In this document: in pieces, positions 12,501-23,733 of the stretch
How the letters are laid out: each line of letters starts with the position of its first letter
How positions within the stretch are numbered: the first letter of the stretch is position 1
From: Cyanophora paradoxa CCMP329
Lineage: Eukaryota > Plantae > Glaucophyta
Direction: 5' to 3'
Assembly: GCA_004431415.1 (NCBI GenBank)
Contig: QPMI01000258.1
Coordinates: forward strand, 1-64,000
DNA length: 64,000 nucleotides
The notes under the pieces: model-generated
The model's input: the letters and a program-made list of their open reading frames with translations, nothing else
Told to the model about the DNA's origin: nothing
Database searches by the model: none
Position numbers and translations under genes: made by a program

Positions 12501-15500
12501 GCCAAAGACCGGGCGGGGGCCCTCGAGAAGGAGCTCAAGGCCGCCCGCGACGCCCTGGCCGCCGCCGAGAAGCGCGCCGCCGACGCCGAGGCGCGCCACT
12601 GTCCACCTTCCGCGCCCCGCCCCCGCTCACACGATGCGCGCAGAGGCGTGCCGCGGCCCCGCGCCAGGCGGCGGCGCCGTCCAAGGAGGCCGCGCTGTCG
12701 GCGGATGCGGCGCCCGGCGCGGCCGCAGCAGTCGCCGCATCCTCCCAAGCAGCGGCCCCCGCTGCCGGCGGGGCGGACAAGGCCCGCGTTGAGGCGCTCG
12801 AGAAGGAGCTGAAGGAGGCGCGGGCGAAGCTGGCGGCGGCGGAGAAGCGGGCCGCAGAGGCGCACGCGAGCGGGACGACGTGGGCGGACGCCCTCGACAA
12901 GGAGCGCCTGCAGTCGCTCGAGGACGAGGTGAAGAGCCTCCGTCCGGCCCTCGCCGCCGCCGAGAAGCGCGCCGCCGAGGCCGAGGCGAGGGCGCCCGCC
13001 CACAAGGGCCACCCCCACGGCCACGAGGGCCGCGGCAAGCACCCCAGCGGCTCGCTCGAGGCCGAGCTCAAGGCGGCCCGCGCCGCGCAGGCCGCCGCCG
13101 AGAAGCGCGCCGACGATGCCGAGGCCCGCGCCGCCTCCGCGGCGCAGGCCGGCGGCGCCGCCGCCGCCGCGGGGGCGTCCGCCGCGGCATCAGCAGGCGG
13201 CGCCAAGGCTTCGGGCGAGAAGCAGCGCGCCGAGACACTCGAGAAGGAGCTGAAGGAGGCGCGGGCGAAGCTGGCGGCTGCGGAGAAGCGGGTCGCGGAG
13301 GCGGAGGCGCGGGCGGGGGCGGAGCAGGCGGCGGGGCGAGCGGCGAAGGCGGAGCAGGAGCGGGCCGAGGCGCTGGAGCGCGAGCTGAAGGCGACCAGGG
13401 CGCGCCTCGCCGAGGCCGACGTGCGCGCCCCGCCCCGCTGCCCGCCCGCCCCGCCGGCCGACCGAGGCGGGGCGCGTTAGGCGCGGGCCGCGTCTCAGGC
13501 GCCCCGCGGCGGGGCGGCGGCGATGGAGGCGGAGCTGCAGGCGGCGCGGGCGGCGGTGGCGGCGGCGGAGCGTCGGGCGGAGGAGGCGGCGGGGCGGGCG
13601 GCGGAGGCGAAGCAGCTCGCGCAGCGGGTGACGGCGCTCGAGGCGGAGCTCAAGGCGACGCAGGGGGCGATCCGCGAGGCGGAGGCGCGCATGGGCGAGC
13701 TCGACGCGGCGGCCGGCGAGGCGCGCGGGGCGCAGGGCGAGGCGGCCCGGCGCGTGGCGGCGCTGGAGGACGAGCTGCGGGCGGCGCGGGAGACGATGCG
13801 CGGGGCCGAGGCGCGGGCGGCGGCGCTGGAGTCGGCCGTGCGGGGCGCCGAGGGCCGCGAGCGCGAGCGCCTCGCGCTGGTCGAGGCGGAGCTGCGCGGC
13901 GCCCGCTCCGCCCTCGCCGCCGCCGAGAAGCGCGCCGGCGAGGCCGAGGCGCGCGCCGCGGAGGCCAAGGCGCAGGGGCGGCGAAGGAGGAGGCGGCGGC
14001 GGCGCAGGAGGCGAAGGCGCAGGCGGCGCGGGCGGCGGCGGCGGCGGCCGAGCGCAAGGCCGGCGAGGCCGAGGCCCGCGCCAAGGAGGCCGAGGCCAAG
14101 CTGCTCGCCCGCGTGCGCCCCTCCCCGCCCCGCCCCGCCCCCGCCCCGCCCGGCGAGCGGCTCGCAGACGTCGGAGCTTGCGATGGAGCGGCAGCGGGCG
14201 AAGGAGGCGCAGGGGGCCACCCCCCGCCCCGACGAGACGTGCGCCTCCCCTCGCCCCCCCTCGAGGGCCCCGCCGGCCCGAGCGCCCCGCGCGCAGGCGC
14301 CAGTCCAACGAGTTCCTCGAGGCCGCCCGGCGCGAGATCGTGCGCAGGCCCCCGCCCCGCCCCGCCCCGCCTCCGGGCGTGCGAGCGAGGGGCCGTGCGA
14401 GCAGACGGAGGGGCGGCTGGAGCGGGAGTCGCTGCTGGTGCGGCTCTCGCAGGCAGCGGTGGGCGAGGCGGCGCTCCAGCGCGAGGTCGACCGCCTCGCC
14501 GCCCTCGTCCGCTCCCTCCAGGGCGCCCCGCCGCCCCCGCCGAGGGCCCCGAGAGCTTCGACGCCCTCCGCGCCGCCCTCGCCGCCTCGGCCCGCGACGC
14601 CGACGACGCCACCTGGCTCTCCGGCCCGCCCCGCCCCCGCCCCGCCCGCCCGCCCCTCGCCCTGACGCCCCGCCCCGCAGGCTCCGTCGACGCGCCCCGG
14701 CTCTCGACGGGCAGCACGAGCGTCTCCGCCACCGCCCGCGGCATCGCCTCCGCCGCCGCCGCCGCTGCCGGCGCCGCAGCCGCAGCGGGGGTCACCCGCC
14801 CTCCGCCTCCGGCTCGGGCGCCGGCGCCGGCCCCTCGGGGCGAGCGCGGCGGCCTCCTCGGGGACGCAGACGCCGGCCGGGGCGCAGACGCCGCCGGCGA
14901 GCGGGAAGAAGGGGGCCGGCAAGGCGGGGGCGGGCACGGCGAGCAAGCTGCGGACGCCGGCGGCGGGGCGCGGGGCGCGCTCGACGGAGCCGCCGTCGCC
15001 CTCGAGCACCGTCGTGGGGCACGGGGCGGCCCCCGCGCCGCTGGCGCGCAAGCTGCACGGCTCCTCGTACGGGGGCGAGGCGGCCGAGGGGCGGCTGGAG
15101 CAGGCGGAGCAGGAGATCGCGGAGCTGCGGCAGCAGCTCGCGTCGACGGCGCGGCACCGCGAGTCGGCCGCCTCCTCCTCGGCGGCCTCCGACTCGGAGG
15201 TGGCGAACCTGCGGGCGCGCGTCAAGCAGCTGACCAGCGAGCACTCGAACCTGCTCAACCAGCTCGACATGGCCCGCCGCGCGCGCGTCGACGCCGAGCG
15301 GCGCGAGGCCGAGGAGCGGGCGAAGGCGGCGCGGGAGGCGGAGCGGCTCCAGCAGGAGCTCGAGGGGGCGCGCAAGGGGAACGAGGGGCAGCTCGCAGAG
15401 GCCCGCCGCCGCGCCGACGAGGTCGCCGCCAGCGTCAAGGCGAGCGCCCCGCGCCCCTGCGCCGCCTCTTCGCGTCGCTGGGCCCGAGCGGGGCGGCGCA

Positions 15501-15713
15501 GGGGAAGGAGACGGAGCTCGCGGCGGCGCTCTGGCGCCTGCAGGAGGCCGAGCGGGAGAACAGGGAGCTGCGCGAGAAGCTGGAGGCCGTCACGGTGCCG
15601 CCCTCCGCCCGCCCCGCCCCGCCCGGCAGAGCCAACGCTGAGCCCCTCGGCAGAAAGAGAGGGACGCTCTGCTGGAGAAGGTGGCGGAGCTCGAGAAGGC
15701 AGCCAAGAAGTAG
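9520..15713 (+). CDS. Large coiled-coil repeat protein with polyQ segment, multi-exon (start uncertain)
   Basis: Ala/Glu/Arg heptad-rich exons; repeated ALE(K/A)ELK(E/A)ARA(K/A)LAAAEKRAAEAEARA units; Q8 at 10471-10494; ends KERDALLEKVAELEKAAKK-TAG 15711-15713. Confidence 0.75.
10881..10943 (+). repeat. (CCGCC)n pentanucleotide microsatellite, about 12 copies, intronic
   Basis: Direct reading; the longest example of the motif found in the 5' half of most introns. Confidence 0.9.
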
Positions 15714-15804
15714 GCGGCCGGTCGCTGCCTTCTATTCTTTCCTGCAGACAGCAAAGTAGAAGAGGAAGAAAGGCGCATGCAGCAGCATACTAAGCAGGCT
15801 GCAG

Positions 15805-16247
15805 ACGACTACGAGCACGCTCCCCCTGCCGCGCAAAAGCACGCAGCGTCGAGCGCTAGCGCCGGTCGCTCCGGGATCCTCCGGAAGAGCCTGGCGGCGG
15901 CGGAGAAAAAGATTCCCTCGCCGGGACTTGAACCCGGGTCTACGCGGTGAGAGCGCGTTATCCTAACCAGCTAGACTACGAGGGATGGGAACATCGTGAT
16001 CCACTGAGCAATCGCATGCGGACCGCCTCCTCAGCGGATCGGAGCTCGACACCCGCGGCCGCGCGCTGGAGCCTGGGGCGGCGCGCTTGCGTCGGTGCGC
16101 ACGCGATATCGAGGTTCCGCCAAAGCGGCCGAATACGATCCCTTCCGCGTACACCGGCGCTCAAGCGCGCTGACGCCAGCGTACCCGCCGGGCGATCGTC
16201 TTCCAGTCGCCCGCGATGGAGCGCGTCGTAAAGGGCACTCGGGTGCA
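15805..16247. repeat. Dispersed direct repeat copy A (tRNA-Glu plus RagA promoter/exon-1-like sequence)
   Basis: Near-identical to 21456-21970, from ACGACTACGAGCACGCTCCCC to ATGGAGCGCGTCG(T/C)AAAGGGCA. Confidence 0.92.
15913..15985 (-). tRNA. trnE: tRNA-Glu(CTC), copy 1
   Basis: Cloverleaf with acceptor TCCCTCG/CGAGGGA, anticodon arm ACGCG-CTCTCAC-CGCGT and T arm CCGGG-TTCAAGT-CCCGG; followed by a T5 Pol III terminator (15906-15910). Confidence 0.97.
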
Positions 16248-16296
16248 TCTGCTTAGCTAACCTCCTGCGCGCACAACCGCCGGCGCCGGCCGCGGC

Positions 16297-17714
16297 ATGG
16301 CCATATCGGACCCTTGGGATCACTGGCGGGCGCTCGGGGCGCCACGCTGGGTCGCCGCGCCTATGATTGACGGGAGTGAGCTCGCGTTCCGCATGCTGGT
16401 GCGCGAGCATGGCGCCGTCGGCCTGTGCGCACCCCCGCCGCTCAGCCACCGCGCTCGAGCCAACCGCGCGGGGACAGGGCGTGGTCGCCGATGTTGCATG
16501 CGGATGCCTACCTCAACGACCCCGCCTACTGCGCGGAGATCTTCACCTCGTGCGCGGCCGACACGCCGCTCGTGGTGCAGCTTGGCGGCTCGGACGCGGA
16601 GACGATGGCGCGGGCGGCGCAAGCGGCGCTCGCCGTCGCACCGCACGCCGCCGCCGTCGACATCAACCTCGGCTGCCCGCAGGACGTTGCAAAGCGCGGC
16701 GGCTACGGCGTGAGCCGCCCGCCCTCGCCAGCTTTCCTTGCCGTCCTGACAGGTTCCGTCCGTGGTCAGGCGTTCCTCTGCGACCGGCCAGAGGCGGTGC
16801 GGGGCGTCGTGCGGGCACTGCGGGCGGCGGTGGCGGTGCCCGTCTGGGCCAAGATGCGCCTCCTGGGCGGCCCGCTCGCCCGCACGCTGGAGTTCGCGCG
16901 CATGCTCGAGGCCGAGGGCGTCGGGCTGCTCACGGTGCACGGGCGCACGCGGCACCAGTTCGGGCACGCGGCCGGCGAGGCCGACTGGGCCGCCGTGCGG
17001 GCGGTGCGGGAGGCGGTGGGCATCCCCGTGGTCGCGAACGGCTCCGTGGCCTCGGCGGAGGCGGCGGAGCGGTGCCTGCGGGAGACGGGCGCGGCGGCCG
17101 CCATGTCCGCCGAGGCCCTCCTCTACGACCCCTTCCTCTTCGCCCGCGCCCCCGCCCCGGGCGCCCCCGCCGCCCCGGGCCGGCCCCTCCCCTCCACCCC
17201 GCTCGAGTCCTCCCTCCGTGCGCCCCGCCGGCGGCCTGTAGATCTGCAGCTGCGCTCGGGCCTCTGGCCGACTCGGGGGGCAACGGGGGCAGTGTACCTG
17301 GAGTACGCGGGGCGCTACGGGGCGAGCGTGGCGTACGCGCGCTCCCACGTCGCCCGCCTCTGGGGGCACAGGTCGCCCCCGCCCCCGCTGCCCAGCCCTC
17401 CCCAGAGCGACGCGCCGGCAGGAACCCGAAGAAGGCGCGGCCGAACCCCGTCTGGATGGGGCCCTTCTGGTTCACGTGCGCGCGCCCCCCGCTCGCCCGG
17501 GCACGCGGGTGCGAGCGAGGGGCGGGGCAGGCGGCAGAGCGCGTGGGGGGCCCTCGGGGCGGCGGCCTCGCTGGCGGAGATGCGAACCCTCGTCGAGACC
17601 CTCCCCTCCCTAGCCCCCGAGCTCGCCACGGCCCCGCCCGCCCACGCGAACGACCCCGGCACCCACCCCGACCCCGCAGCCCCGGCAGACAGAGCTGCGA
17701 GCCCCCTCTCTTGA
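16297..17714 (+). CDS. tRNA-dihydrouridine synthase (DUS1-like), multi-exon
   Basis: VAAPMIDGSELAFRMLVR, WSPMLHA, PLVVQLGG, VDINLGCPQDVAKRGGYG/AFL, LLTVHGRTR, ADWAAV, IPVVANG, MSAEALLYDP. Confidence 0.93.
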
Positions 17715-17772
17715 AACAACGGGCTCGTGGCTCCTGCCCGCCGGCGCGGGGCGGGCGTGCGGGGCGCGCCGC

Positions 17773-18816
17773 CTAAGAGCGCTTCTTGACGACGCCGACC
17801 TTGGCCGGGCGGATGCAGCGCTCGTTGAGGACGTAGCCGGGCTTGTCCACGTGCGCCACCGTGCCCGGCTCCTTCGTCGGGTCGTCCACCTGCGCCGCCG
17901 CGTGAGCCGCCGGGCGGGCGCGGCGGGGGCCTGGGGGCGCGCGCCTCGAAGAGGGCGTCGTGGAGGTTGGGGTCGAACTTCTGCCCCATGGGGTCCACGC
18001 GGCTAAGGCCGACGGCCGCGAAGGCTTTGAGCAGCTCCTTCTCCGTCGCCTGTACCCCGAAGTACAGGTTCTTCAGGTACGCGTCGGCGTCCGAGCCGCG
18101 CTGCCGGCGGCGTCAGGGAGGCGGGGGAGGGGGGCGGGGGCGGGGTGGCGGGGGCGGGGCGCCTTCTCCTCGGGGACGGCGTTGAGGGCCATGCCGAGGT
18201 AGTCGGCGACGTCGAGGAGGGACTTGGCGAAGCCCTGCACGCCGAACTTGCGCGCGTTCTCCACGTCCACCTGCGCTCGCCTCCGCACGTTCTCCATCTC
18301 CGCCAGCGACCGCAGCAGCTTGTCCTGCCCCGCCCGTCGGCCCCAGCCTCTCCCGAAGGACGCCCCGCGCGGCCGCCCCGCGCACCTGCAGCTCGGTGGC
18401 CTTGGCGGCCATGTCCCGCAGGCCGTCCAGCTCCTTGATTTCCACCACGCACTGCCCGGGGCCCGCCTGCGCCCCCGTGTCGGCCCTCGGTCTCGTGCAG
18501 CCAGCGGGGCGCTCACCCGCGTCCCCTCGTCGCCGCGGTCCTCGGGTTTCGCTGGAATCTCGGTTGGGTGCTCGCCCGCCTTCTTGGCCTCCTCCGCGAG
18601 CGCCGGCCGCGACGCCGTGAGCGCGCGTACTGTCAAATGTGCGTGTGGCGTCGCGATCTTCGCCGCCTGCGCCGCTCATGAGGGTCGGCGAACAGGCACA
18701 ACGCTTTGCGACCACGGCCTAGAGCGCGTGCGAGGGGCCCGAACCTGCTGCTGCAGGGTGTTCCTAGGCCCCAGTGACCTCGATGCGCTCGCGATCCCGC
18801 GCCTGAACGCCAGCAT
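17773..18816 (-). CDS. GRPE: Mitochondrial GrpE/Mge1 nucleotide exchange factor, multi-exon
   Basis: Presequence MLAFRRGIASASRSL; DKLLRSLAEMENVRRR; ARKFGVQGFAKSLLDVAD; FDPNLHDALF; GYVLNERCIRPAKVGV; TAG 17773-17775. Confidence 0.93.
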
Positions 18817-19124
18817 TTTGACCTAAACCAAGCGGCGCGCGTAGCGCGATTCGTGGGCTCGGGGACAAGAAAGAACTATGCCATTTGGATGCAAGAAACG
18901 CACTTGTGGCTAAGAAGACGGTCGGATCGCTCGCTGGCGTGTGAAAGGTCCGCTCCCGGGTACTCTGTGTCGAGAGCCGGGTACCTACCTCTACTCGCGG
19001 CCTCGGCTCGCCCCTTTTCGCAGCGGCCCCGGCAAGGGCTCATGTCCCAGTAGAGACCTCTCAGCTTCGTCGAGTAGAGTTCGAGACCTCTCAGCTCAGC
19101 CTGCATCAAAGTTCAGCGTAGAAG

Positions 19125-20909
19125 ATGGCGCACCCGACGGACGGCCTATCGTACGTGGCCATCGTGGCCGCCCACGCCCGTATTCGCGAAAGCAACGTCT
19201 CTGATTGTTTCGTGTCGTTCGTTTCGCCCCCTTGCCTCCCTGAAGCGGCCTCGAGGAGGACTGGAAGAAGAAACTCCACCTGCCGCCGCCGGACCAGCGC
19301 ATCAAGACGGAGGTGAGCGATTTCATCCAATCACACACGCCTCGGCGTCCCTTCGGGGGTTCCCGCGCATTGGCTCACCTGCTGCCGTGCAGGATGTCAC
19401 CGCCACCAAGGGCAACGAGTTTGAGGACTACGCCCTGAAGCGGGAGCTCCTTATGGGCATTTTCGAGAAGGGCTTCGAGCGCCCGTCGCCCATCCAGGAG
19501 GAAAGCATCCCCTACGCTCTGGCTGGCAAGGACATTCTGGCTCGCGCCAAGAACGGGACTGGCAAGACTGCCGCCTTCATCATTCCCTGCCTTGAGAAGT
19601 GCGACACCTCGAAGAACTGCATCCAGTGTTCGTCCTTCTCACCCCGATGCTTGGCTGCGCGTTTCGAACCTGCGACTGACTTTCGATCGTTCCGCAGCTC
19701 TCATTCTTGTGCCCACTCGTGAGCTTGCTCTTCAGACCTCCCAGGTTTGCAAGGAGGTCGGCAAGCATTTGCGTGTGGAGGTCATGGTGACCACTGGCGG
19801 CACCAGCCTCAAGGATGACATTATGCGTCTGTACAACACGGTCCACATTATCGTTGCGACGCCTGGGCGCGTCCTGGACCTTGCCAACAAGCGTGTCTGC
19901 GATCTGTCGAAGTGCACGACGATCGTCATGGACGAGGTTCGTCGTTCTCTGCTTTAGATTTGGTTTTCCACGTCGCCTATGCTGAATCACGCTGCTGCAG
20001 GCCGACAAGCTTCTGTCGCCGGAGTTCCAGCCTCTCGTCGAGGAGCTCCTCGCGCATCTGCCGAAGGAGCGTCAGATCCTCCTCTACTCCGCGACCTTCC
20101 CCGTCACCGTCAAGTCCTTCCGCGACCGCTTCCTCCGCGACCCCCACGAAATCAACCTTATGGACGAGCTCACCCTCAAGGGCATCACCCAGGTTCGCGC
20201 TGGGATCGCAGTCAGTCGCCGGAAGGCCTGCTCACCGTCTCGCGCAGTATTATGCCTTCGTTGAGGAGCGCCAGAAGGTTCACTGCCTCAACACCCTGTT
20301 CTCCAAGCTCCAGATCAACCAGTCCATCATCTTCTGTAACTCCGTCAACCGTGTCGAGCTCCTCGCCAAGAAGATCACCGAGCTCGGCTACTCGTGCGCC
20401 CCCGCGGCCCCCGCGGCTCGCGCACCGCTGACCCTTCCGGTCCCGCGCAGCTGCTTCTACATCCATGCGAAGATGCTCCAGTCGCATCGCAACCGCGTCT
20501 TCCACGACTTCCGCAATGGCGCCTGCCGTAACCTCGTCTCCTCTGGTGCGCGCCCGGTCGCCGGCTTGATGAGCGTGCAGTGCAAGCATACGCCGACGCG
20601 CCGCGGCAGACCTCTTCACTCGCGGCATCGACATCCAGGCCGTGAACGTCGTCATCAACTTTGACTTTCCCAAGGCGCGCGCCGCCCGCCGGCGCCCGCC
20701 CCCCTCGCCGCGCCTGACGCGGGGCGGGGCAGAACTCGGAGACGTACCTGCACCGCATCGGGCGGTCGGGCCGCTTCGGGCACCTGGGTCTCGCGATCAA
20801 CCTCATCACGTACGAGGACCGCTTCAACCTCTTCAAGATCGAGCAGGAGCTGGGCACGGAGATCAAGCCCATCCCGCCCGTCATCGAGAAATCCCTCTAC
20901 GTCGCCTGA
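19125..20909 (+). CDS. DDX6: DEAD-box RNA helicase DDX6/Dhh1, multi-exon
   Basis: [74 protein letters not shown]; TGA 20907-20909. Confidence 0.98.
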
Positions 20910-21455
20910 GCGCGGCGAGCGGGTCGGCCCCGCGCCTCCCGCGTGCCCCCCGCCGGCGTCCCAAGCGAGCGCCCCCATCCCATCCCGGCGCTCAACGGGG
21001 GATGCGCCCGGCGGAGGCACCGGAGGCGGCAACAACCGTGCGCGTGGACGCGCGGGGCCGTGGGTCTGCAGCTGGGCCGCCAGTGGCTCAATTTCCCAAT
21101 CCTACCCGGCCCGAGCTTGCAGCCCCTTCCGTCGTTTTCATCATCAGCAGCCGCCTCGCAGCACCATCATCCCCCCGGCAGCGTGAGCCGTCGGCTCAGG
21201 CGATCGTTGTCGCATAGTATAGCATCCTCGTCTGCCCCGTGCCGCCCCTCTCCGAGACCTTGCCAGCTCGGGAGCAACACCCATCTTTCCGCAGACAGAG
21301 TTCACCGGCAGAGCCAACCCCTACAGCTGCCCGTGCTTCACCATCGTATCTCTCTCGCAGCAATCGCTTGGTCCGGCGTTGTCACACCAATTTCAAGGAG
21401 ACCTTGCGATCACCCTCGAGTACGCCCGCGGGATTGTGCGTGCAGCCGGTTGTGC

Positions 21456-21970
21456 ACGACTACGAGCACGCTCCCCCTAGGCCTGCCGCGCAAAAGCACG
21501 CAGCGTCGAGCGCTAGCGCCGGTCGCTCCGGGATCCTCCGGAAGAGCCTGGCGGCGGCGGAGAAAAAGATTCCCTCGCCGGGACTTGAACCCGGGTCTAC
21601 GCGGTGAGAGCGCGTTATCCTAACCAGCTAGACTACGAGGGATGAGAACATCGTGATCCACTGAGCAATCGCATGCGGACCGCCTCCTCAGCGGATCGGA
21701 GCTCGACACCCGCGGCCGCGCGCTGGAGCCTGGGGCGGCGCGCTTGCGTCGGTGCGCACGCGATATCGAGGTTCCGCCAAAGCGGCCGAATACATCCCTT
21801 CCGCGTACACCGGCGCTCAAGCGCGCTGACGCCAGCGTACCCGGCAGGCGATCCGCTTGAGAAGACAGAACAGCGGCTTCGTGGTTTGGCAAGAGATAAG
21901 CTTAAGCACGCTGCGGCAGTCTTCTAGTCGCCCGCGATGGAGCGCGTCGCAAAGGGCAACCGGGTGCCTC
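21456..21970. repeat. Dispersed direct repeat copy B (carries about 70 nt extra near 21853-21920)
   Basis: Matches 15805-16247 and runs into RagA exon 1. Confidence 0.9.
21570..21642 (-). tRNA. trnE: tRNA-Glu(CTC), copy 2
   Basis: Identical to 15913-15985; T5 terminator at 21563-21567. Confidence 0.97.
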
Positions 21971-23606
21971 TGCTCCTTTCTCAACGCAGGCCCGATCTGA
22001 CGGGTTCCGCGCAGTCGCAAAGGCCGGAGGGACTTAGCAAGAAGGCGCGTCGCGAGCGCGTGCGCCTCTCCGCTTCTCGCCGCTAGCTAAAGCCGCGCTC
22101 GCCGCAGGTCCTGCTGATGGGCAAGAGCTACTCGGGAAAGACATCCATGCGTTCCATCATCTTCGCAAACTACATACGTGCGTGCCGTCCCGGCGTCGGT
22201 GTCTTCCTGCGTCGCAGACGCTTGCCCGGATTGCAGCGCGCGACACGATGCGGCTCGGCGTGACAAGTGCGTGCATTCACAGCCACCTGCGCGCCACGCG
22301 CCGCGTGCGCGCCGCCAGCCGCGACCCTCCGCTTGACCCGCCGCCCGCAGTCGAGGTGGAGCACTCGCACGTCCGCTTCCTCGGAAACTTGGTGCTCAAC
22401 CTTTGGGACTGCGGAGGGTGCGATGCTGCGGCGCGCGAGGGCTCCTCGTGGGGCGGGCGGGGAGCGCGGGGGGGCGGCGCAGGCAGAAGACGTTCATGGA
22501 GAACTACTTCGAGTCGCAGCGGGACCACATCTTCCGCAACGTGGAGGTCCTCATCTACGTCTTCGACATCCAGAGCCTCACGAGCGCCGACAACCAGGCC
22601 CGCCGCCCCGTCCCCGGCCCCGCCCCGGGCGGCCCGCGCGGGGGCTCACGGCGGGCGCGCAGGCGGACCTGAACTACTTCAAGAGCTGCCTGGACGCCAT
22701 CCTGCAGCACTCGAAGCACGCGAAGATCTTCGTCCTCATCCACAAGATGGACCTCGTCGACGCCGCCCAGCGCGACGCCGTCCGCCCCGCCCCGCCCCGC
22801 CCCGCCCCGCGCCGGGGCGAGCGAGGGCGGGGCGGCAGGTGTTCCGGGCGAAGGAGCGGCTGCTGCTGGAGATGTCGCACCCGCTGGACACGCAGTGCTA
22901 CGCCACCTCCATATGGGACGAGACCCTCTACAAGGCCCGCCTGCCCCCCCGCCCCCGGCCGCCCCGCTCACCCGCCGCGTCCCGCAGGCGTGGAGCTCGA
23001 TCACGTACAGCCTGATCCCGAACGTGAAGACCCTCGAGGCGCACCTGAACAACTTCTGCCGCATCTGCGAGGCCGACGAGGCGCGCGCCGCCCAGCCCCG
23101 GCCCCGCCCCGCCCCCGGGCCTGCGAGCGCGCCGGCGAGCGGGCGGGGGCAGGTCGTGCTGTTCGAGCGGGCGACGTTCCTGGTGATCAGCAACGCGACG
23201 CACCGCCCGCACCGCGACGTCCACCGCTTCGAGAAGGCCCGCCCCGCCCCCGCCCGCCGCGCCTCCCTGCCCTCGCCCCGCCCGGTCCGAGGCGGTGCGG
23301 CGGGGCGCAGATCTCGAACATCATCAAGCAGTTCAAGCTCTCGTGCAGCAAGTCGCAGGCGAGCTTCAGCGGGATGGAGGTGCGGAACGAGAACTTCGTG
23401 GCCTTCATCGAGCTCTTCACCTCCAACACCTACCTCATGCTCGTCTCCTCCGACCCCGCCACCCGTCCGCCCCGCCCCGCCCCGCCCCGCCCCGGCGCGG
23501 CCCGGCGCGGGCTCACGTGGCGGCAGCCTCGGCGACGATCATGCTGAACATCGAGATGGCCAAGCCACACTTCGAGACCCTCATCTCCTCCAAGCTCACC
23601 TTCTGA
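21937..23606 (+). CDS. RRAGA: Rag GTPase A/B (Gtr1), 12 exons
   Basis: [107 protein letters not shown]; TGA 23604-23606. Confidence 0.97.
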
Positions 23607-23733
23607 GGCCCCGCACCCACCCTCCACCCCACCAGCCCCACCCTCCTTCACCTCCCTGCCCCCGGCCCCCCTGCCCCCCTCCACTCGCCCTCGCTCTCGC
23701 GCTGGCGCTAAGTACGGTAGCCCAGAGCCTCTG

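Noticed and set aside
15913-15985. tRNA-derived SINE
   Set aside because: The cloverleaf is perfect with an immediate T5 terminator, there is no tail or target-site duplication, and the duplicated block extends far upstream of the tRNA.
5741-21642. tRNA-metabolism cluster (TruA, DUS, two tRNA-Glu)
   Set aside because: TruA is about 9 kb away with unrelated genes between. Only the tRNA-DUS adjacency has a mechanistic explanation (the duplication).
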